Below, in pieces: positions 48,985 to 54,238 of a stretch of 54,238 nt of DNA. The notes beneath the pieces are model-generated. The model saw only the letters and a program-made list of their open reading frames with translations. It made no database searches and was not told the origin of the DNA. The stretch is from contig NC_068996.1 of assembly GCF_001194135.2 (NCBI RefSeq), forward strand, positions 9,874,873 to 9,929,110, read 5' to 3'. The position numbers and the translations under genes are program-made. This stretch comes from Octopus bimaculoides (Eukaryota). How positions within the stretch are numbered: position 1 is the stretch's first letter; each line of letters starts with the position of its first letter.

Positions 48985-50429
48985 CTGTAAGAACAATGAA
49001 AGAAAAAAGGGTTAAAAAAAAAAAAGCAATGTACAATGAAGCAAGCAAAATATTGAAAGAAGTATTCACTGTTTGATGCAATTCATAGATGCAGGCATGG
49101 CTGTCATCATCATCATCATCGTTTAACGTCCGCTTTCCATGCTAGCATGGGTTGGACAATTTGACTGGGGACTGGCTGCACCAGGCTCCAATCTGATCTG
49201 GCAGAATTTCTACAGCTGGATGNNNNNNNNNNTTCCTAATGCCAACCACTCCGAGAGTGTAGTGGCTGCTTTTACGTGCCACCGGCACGAGGGCCAGTCA
49301 TACGGTACTGGCAATGGCCATGCTCAAAAAGGTGTTTTTTACGTGCCACCTGCACGGGAGCCAGTCCAGCAGCACTGGCAACGACATTGCTCGAATGATT
49401 TTCTAAGGTGCCACCAGCACAAGTGCCAGGAAGGTGACGCTGGTAACGATCACGCTCAAATGGTGCTATTTACTGGCCACTAGCACGGAAGCCAGACAGC
49501 TACTCTGGCGATGAACACGCTCAGACAGTGCTGTTAGTGCTCCACTGGCACAGGTGCCAGTCATTGAGTATGTTTCAATTACGATTTCACTTGCCCCAAC
49601 AGGTCTTCGCAAGCAGAGTTTAGTGTCCAATGAAGGAGAGGTTGGCATGGGTGCCAGTCGTTGCTTCTCAACTACAAGGATCTGAGTCCAGTCTTACTTT
49701 GTGGCACCTTGAACAAGTGACTTCTACTATAGCCCTGGGCTGAGCAAAGCCTTGCAAGTGGATTTGGTAAACAGAAACTGAAAGAAGCATCATTGAATAT
49801 ATACATATATATATCATCATTGTTTAACGTCCGCCTTCCATGTATGCATGGGTAGGACAGTTGACAGGAGCGGGCCACCCCAGGCTACTGTATCGATTTT
49901 GGCAGGGTTTTTACAGCTGGATGGCCTTCCTAACACCAACCACTCTGCAGAGTGGACTCAGTGCTTTTTACATGGCTCCAGCACAGGCGAAGTGAGTTTT
50001 GGTATGATTTTTTACAGCTGGAAGCCCTTCAAAATGCCAACCACTTTACAATGTAGACTGGATGCTTTTTATGTAGCACCAGCACTAGCAGGGTCACAAA
50101 GTAACTTGCAAGACAAGGGATTTTGAGGGGAGGGAGCATTGGAGGAGGTGATCTTGTATCAGTTGATGAAAAGTTAGAGTGTGAGAGAGAGAGACAGAGA
50201 AGCAGAAACAGGTGTCTTACTATAGAGGAGGTACATGGTTACTTGGCGAGAGAGAAAGAGAGAAGAGGAAGAGCAGGGGAAGAAAGAGGAAGAGAGAGTG
50301 AAAGGAAAGATATATATATATATATCCTATGATGACTGAAAAGAAAATATGTATAACTTCAACAGAATCAAGCCATGTCAATTATTGGTAATTTTCTCAA
50401 TGATGTGCATATCTTTCACNNNNNNNNNN

Positions 50430-50460
<31 letters not shown>

Positions 50461-50858
50461 CACACTGCAGGTTGTTCCTTCAGTTTCCTTTTGTCAATTT
50501 TGCTCACAGTGGAAGGGCCAATCCAAGAATATGGTAGATAACACATCTGCCCAAAGTTCTGTACACTGAGATCGAACCTAGAACCACAGGATTTAACTAC
50601 ACACCCATATCTGTACCCTTGTCTTGCAAGTAATAATGATAATAATAATAATAATAAGCCTTTCTACTATAGGCACAAGACCTGAAATTTTGTGGGGAGG
50701 GGTTAGTCAATTACATCAACTCCAGTGTTCACCCTAAAAGGATGAAAGCCAAAGCTGACCTCAGCAGAATTTGAACCCAGAACATGAAGACAGACAAAAT
50801 GTCACTATGCATTTTGTCTGGTGTGCTAACAATTCTGCCAGTTTACTGTTTTACAACC

Positions 50859-50899
<41 letters not shown>

Positions 50900-51604
50900 A
50901 AACAATAACAGTAATAAAACTATAAGCACAGGGTTTGAAATTTTGAAGGCAGGGATTAATTGATTACATTAACCCAAGTGCTCAACTGACATTTTAATGA
51001 CCCCCAAATGTATGAAAGGTAAAGTCAACCTTGGTGTAATTTGAACTCAAGGCAGACAAAATACCTCTTAACATTTTGCTGACATTCTAACAATTCTGTG
51101 TGCTCACTGCCTTCAATATAAATGATGACAACAATATAAATATACACACACAAAGTAGTATATAGAAGGAATTATAATACAAGCAGTTTCTTCACAAAGA
51201 GCATCTGCATATTCTAGCAATCAATTGTATGTACGTAAATGTTTTATTTTAAATGAGAAAAATCATACACACAAGTTGAAATTCACAGTCATGTATATAA
51301 TTTACAGAGTAACTATGTATTAAAACAAAGACTAGAATTTATGGTATTATTTTAATTCTATAGTTACAGATGTTTCATTACAACATAGAAATATATTTTA
51401 TGAATGTAGATATTAATATTAATATAAATAAAATGAATCCAAAACATGATTATTATTATTATTTTGAGGCTAAGTCTGAAGATTTGCACCTGGGAATAGT
51501 TCTGCATGTATGTATGTATAGTTATATTATTCTGAATTCATTATATTTATATTATCGTTAATATATATGTTCATAAAATGCATTTCCCATATTGTAGTGA
51601 ACAG

Positions 51605-51840
51605 TGGAGGCGCGTGGCTTAGTGGTTAGGGTGTCAGCATCATGATTGTAAGATTGTGGGTTCGATTCCTGGACCGGGTGACGCGTTGTGTTCTTGAGCA
51701 AAACACTTCATTTCACGTTGCTCCAGTCCACTCAGCTGGCAAAAATGAGTAACGCTGCGATGGAACACAGCTGGGGAACACATACGTCATTGAAACCGGG
51801 CCCATGAGCTTGGCTAGGCTTTAAAAGGGCACATTTATTT
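51605..51840 (+). mobile_element. SINE family D (tail type 3); isolated tail fragment inverted at about 23122-23176
   Basis: Head ggaggcgcgtggcttagtggttaggg...ggttcgattcc plus the shared core; tail ...gggcccatgagcttggctaggctttaaaagggcacatt. Confidence 0.82.
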
Positions 51841-51934
51841 ATAATTTTATTAAAATAACACCATAAATCTCAGTCTTTGTTTTAATGTATTTAAAAGTAA
51901 TAACTCCCTCAAAAGAAAATCTTCTAACGCATAC

Positions 51935-52018
51935 CTGTATATGCCACACACTCGTCCCATCCAGGTCGCCGCCAAGCTGCCTCACGTGTTTCCTTCCTCG
52001 TCTGGAGGTCTTCATATG
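51935..52018 (-). CDS. NIPSNAP: NIPSNAP exon (A)[27 protein letters not shown](V)
   Basis: cattag acceptor, G|gtatgc donor; matches the NIPSNAP motif AYKDLQSREETRNAAW. Confidence 0.95.
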
Positions 52019-52390
52019 CTAATGAAGTTATAAAATGAAAATAATCAACAGAAGATAATTGTCAACAGCACTTTTCATCACTGCATAAAAGCATGCATGG
52101 TTATTGGGTAAGAAACAAGGCAATGAAATAAGCAAGGAAATAAATAAATACAAGTTGGAAGGACAGCATAAATTAATGCATTAACAGTGAGTATTTAACA
52201 AATTAGGACAAGGTAGAAGCATGGTGATATGCAGAAAATATGGTAAACAAAAATGTAGGATGAGACTGCAGTTAGAAAAGATTTTTCAGAAAAAGCAATG
52301 CACTGAAGATTAAGTCAGAAGCAGTTAGTAAGAGAAAGAGTATGCATGCTTGCATGTATATGGTTGTGTGTGTGTTTGCATGTTACATAC

Positions 52391-52476
52391 CCCACAAGTG
52401 GTGCACATTGTACAGTGTCCCAAGATGGCTGAAGAAGCCAGCTACAGCCCCAGGTCGGTGCCGAATGCCGCGCGCC
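52391..52476 (-). CDS. NIPSNAP: NIPSNAP exon (W)ARGIRHRPGAVAGFFSHLGTLYNVHHLW(A)
   Basis: Minus-strand ttcag acceptor and G|gtatgt donor; matches the NIPSNAP1/2 motif GFFSQIGELYVVHHLW; missed by the ORF track. Confidence 0.94.
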
Positions 52477-52607
52477 CTGAACGTATATAAACGGAAAAAA
52501 AAGACCACATAGACAAAAAGGTGAACATTGGTGTAATAAGTGCTCTTAACTGTGCTTCTTGGAAAGTGAGTATATGTATGTAGATATATAAAATCTATAA
52601 TGTGTAT

Positions 52608-52650
<43 letters not shown>

Positions 52651-52796
52651 CATTGTTTAATGTCTGTCTTCCATGCTGGCATGGGTTGAATGATTTGGCA
52701 GGAGCTGGCTAGACTCCAATTGTCTGTTGTGACATGGTTTCTATGGCTGGATGCCCTTCCTAACACCAACCACTTTACAGAGCGTGCTGCGTGCTA

Positions 52797-53026
52797 TACA
52801 AGGTGGGTGTTGAAAAGTTTCTGGCTTTGAGTAAAAGAAAATACAGGAGGATCAGTTAATAATGATTTTATTCAACATATTCCAGTCTCAGATTCACACA
52901 CTTATTGCAACAGCTATTCAGTTTTCCTAAGCCCTGTAAAAGAACTCAGAAAGTTGGCCCTCCAACCTCCATCCAGGACTTTCACAATACCCTTAAAGCC
53001 AGGAACTTTTCAGCACCCCTCATGTA
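52797..53026 (-). mobile_element. ~230-bp mariner-derived MITE with both TIRs
   Basis: tacaaggtgggtgttgaaaagtttctggcttt pairs imperfectly with aaagccaggaacttttcagcacccctcatgta; TA flanks. Confidence 0.82.
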
Positions 53027-53084
53027 TATAATATATATGTATGTGTGTGTGTGTAATATATATATATATATATATATAATGTAT

Positions 53085-53575
53085 AAACCTCAGTATCTGG
53101 CTTTTGTTAACATGGATAAAGTCTTTGATAGGGTCCCCCACTCCCTTATCTGGTGGTCAATGCAGAAGCTAGGGATAAATGAGTGGTTAGTGAGAGCGGT
53201 ACAAGCCATGTACAGGGATGCTGCCTGTAAGTTGAAGGTTGGCAAATGAATAGAATGAGCTCAGTTCTCAGCACTCTTGTTTATATTAGACCTCCAAGCC
53301 TTAACAGAGGAATTCAGGAGTGGCTGTCCCTGGGAGTTCCTCTATGCTGATGACCTTGTCCTTATAGCTGAATCACTACTTGACCTAAAGAAGAATTTTC
53401 AGGAGTGGAAGTAAGGCCTGGAATCTAAGGGCCTTAGAGTTAATTTAGAAAAAAACCAAAGTCCTAGTAAGTAGGAAAACAGACAAATCATAAGTTTCTT
53501 CAGGGAGATGACACTGCTCCATATGTAAGAAGGGTGTTGGTAGGAACTCCATATGTTGTACCCAGTACAAGCTTT
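53085..53575 (+). mobile_element. RTE reverse transcriptase fragment (internally deleted, frameshifted)
   Basis: KPQYLAFVNMDKVFDRVPHSLIWWSMQKLG...GCPWEFLYADDLVLIAES, homologous to 31560-31900. Confidence 0.9.
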
Positions 53576-54001
53576 TACCATTCTTTTATTCAAATATTTT
53601 ATATTATACCTGTTCAGGTAGAAGTCTTGCTAACTACCTCATTATTACTGTTTTTAAGAGGAATAATGCTTACATATAGTTGCTTTTTTATTGTTTACAA
53701 TAGTTTTCTCTTTAAACGGAGCGGGACGTTTAAAGTTTGAAATGCACACAAGTTGACGTAGTGAATATTTTAAAAATGGACGTTACTATCTCCAACTGAA
53801 GATTGCAAAGCATGTTTTTTCATGCACAGCATGAAATTGATTGACATTAGGGTATGTAAACTATCTTCAAATTCCATCCTGAATGTAGGCCTATTTTTTG
53901 AAAGGTTCATTTGCATTGCTCGTGTGCATATTTACCATAGGATTGGTGGTTTCTGAAGTTTTCGCTTTCATATCTGGCAAGCGGCATTTTTACCCTTCTT
54001 T

Positions 54002-54033
<32 letters not shown>

Positions 54034-54036
54034 CAT

Positions 54037-54238
54037 AATACAGTTCTATATTTAAGAGATGAGGAATTATTTACATTATTTACATTATCTACATTTGACG
54101 GATATTCGTCCTCATCTTGTTTGTTGTTAACACAACGTTTCGGCTGATATACCCTCCAGCCTTCGTCAGGTGTCTTGGGGAAATTTCGAACCTGGGTTCT
54201 CATTCCTATCGATGTCACTATTATTATTATTATTATTA
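54037..54238 (-). mobile_element. Third copy of the hammerhead-tailed element, cut by the window end at its (AAT)n tract; hammerhead motif at 54129-54174
   Basis: Minus strand GACAC-CTGACGA-A-GGCTG-gagggtatat-CAGCC-GAAA-CG-TT-GTGTT; flanks match 11111-11250 and 11430-11612. Confidence 0.85.

Noticed and set aside
53907-54218. 103-aa minus-strand ORF as a further NIPSNAP exon
   Set aside because: It is a reading of the hammerhead element and a TA microsatellite, and it lacks the expected YELR...PG NIPSNAP motif

Overview
AT-rich animal genomic DNA with N gaps. The repeat families look octopus/cephalopod-like; this is inferred from recalled sequences, not a database search. Two convergent intron-containing genes were reconstructed by hand. 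(1) Sixteen + strand coding exons (1912-33872) of a BRE1/RNF20-RNF40 H2B E3 ubiquitin ligase splice in one continuous frame (912 aa, 5' exons outside the window) and end in a C3HC4 RING. (2) The last three - strand exons (52476-48920) belong to a NIPSNAP gene. The remainder is mostly transposon-derived: RTE-type LINE fragments, several tRNA-derived SINE families, mariner, piggyBac and hAT relics, MITEs and satellites. The most unusual signal is a set of type I hammerhead-ribozyme-like motifs from at least three unrelated elements. One is a tRNA-headed, hammerhead-tailed SINE-like unit that forms a ~460-bp head-to-head palindrome in a BRE1 intron and recurs at the window end. Repeat boundaries were read by eye and are approximate.
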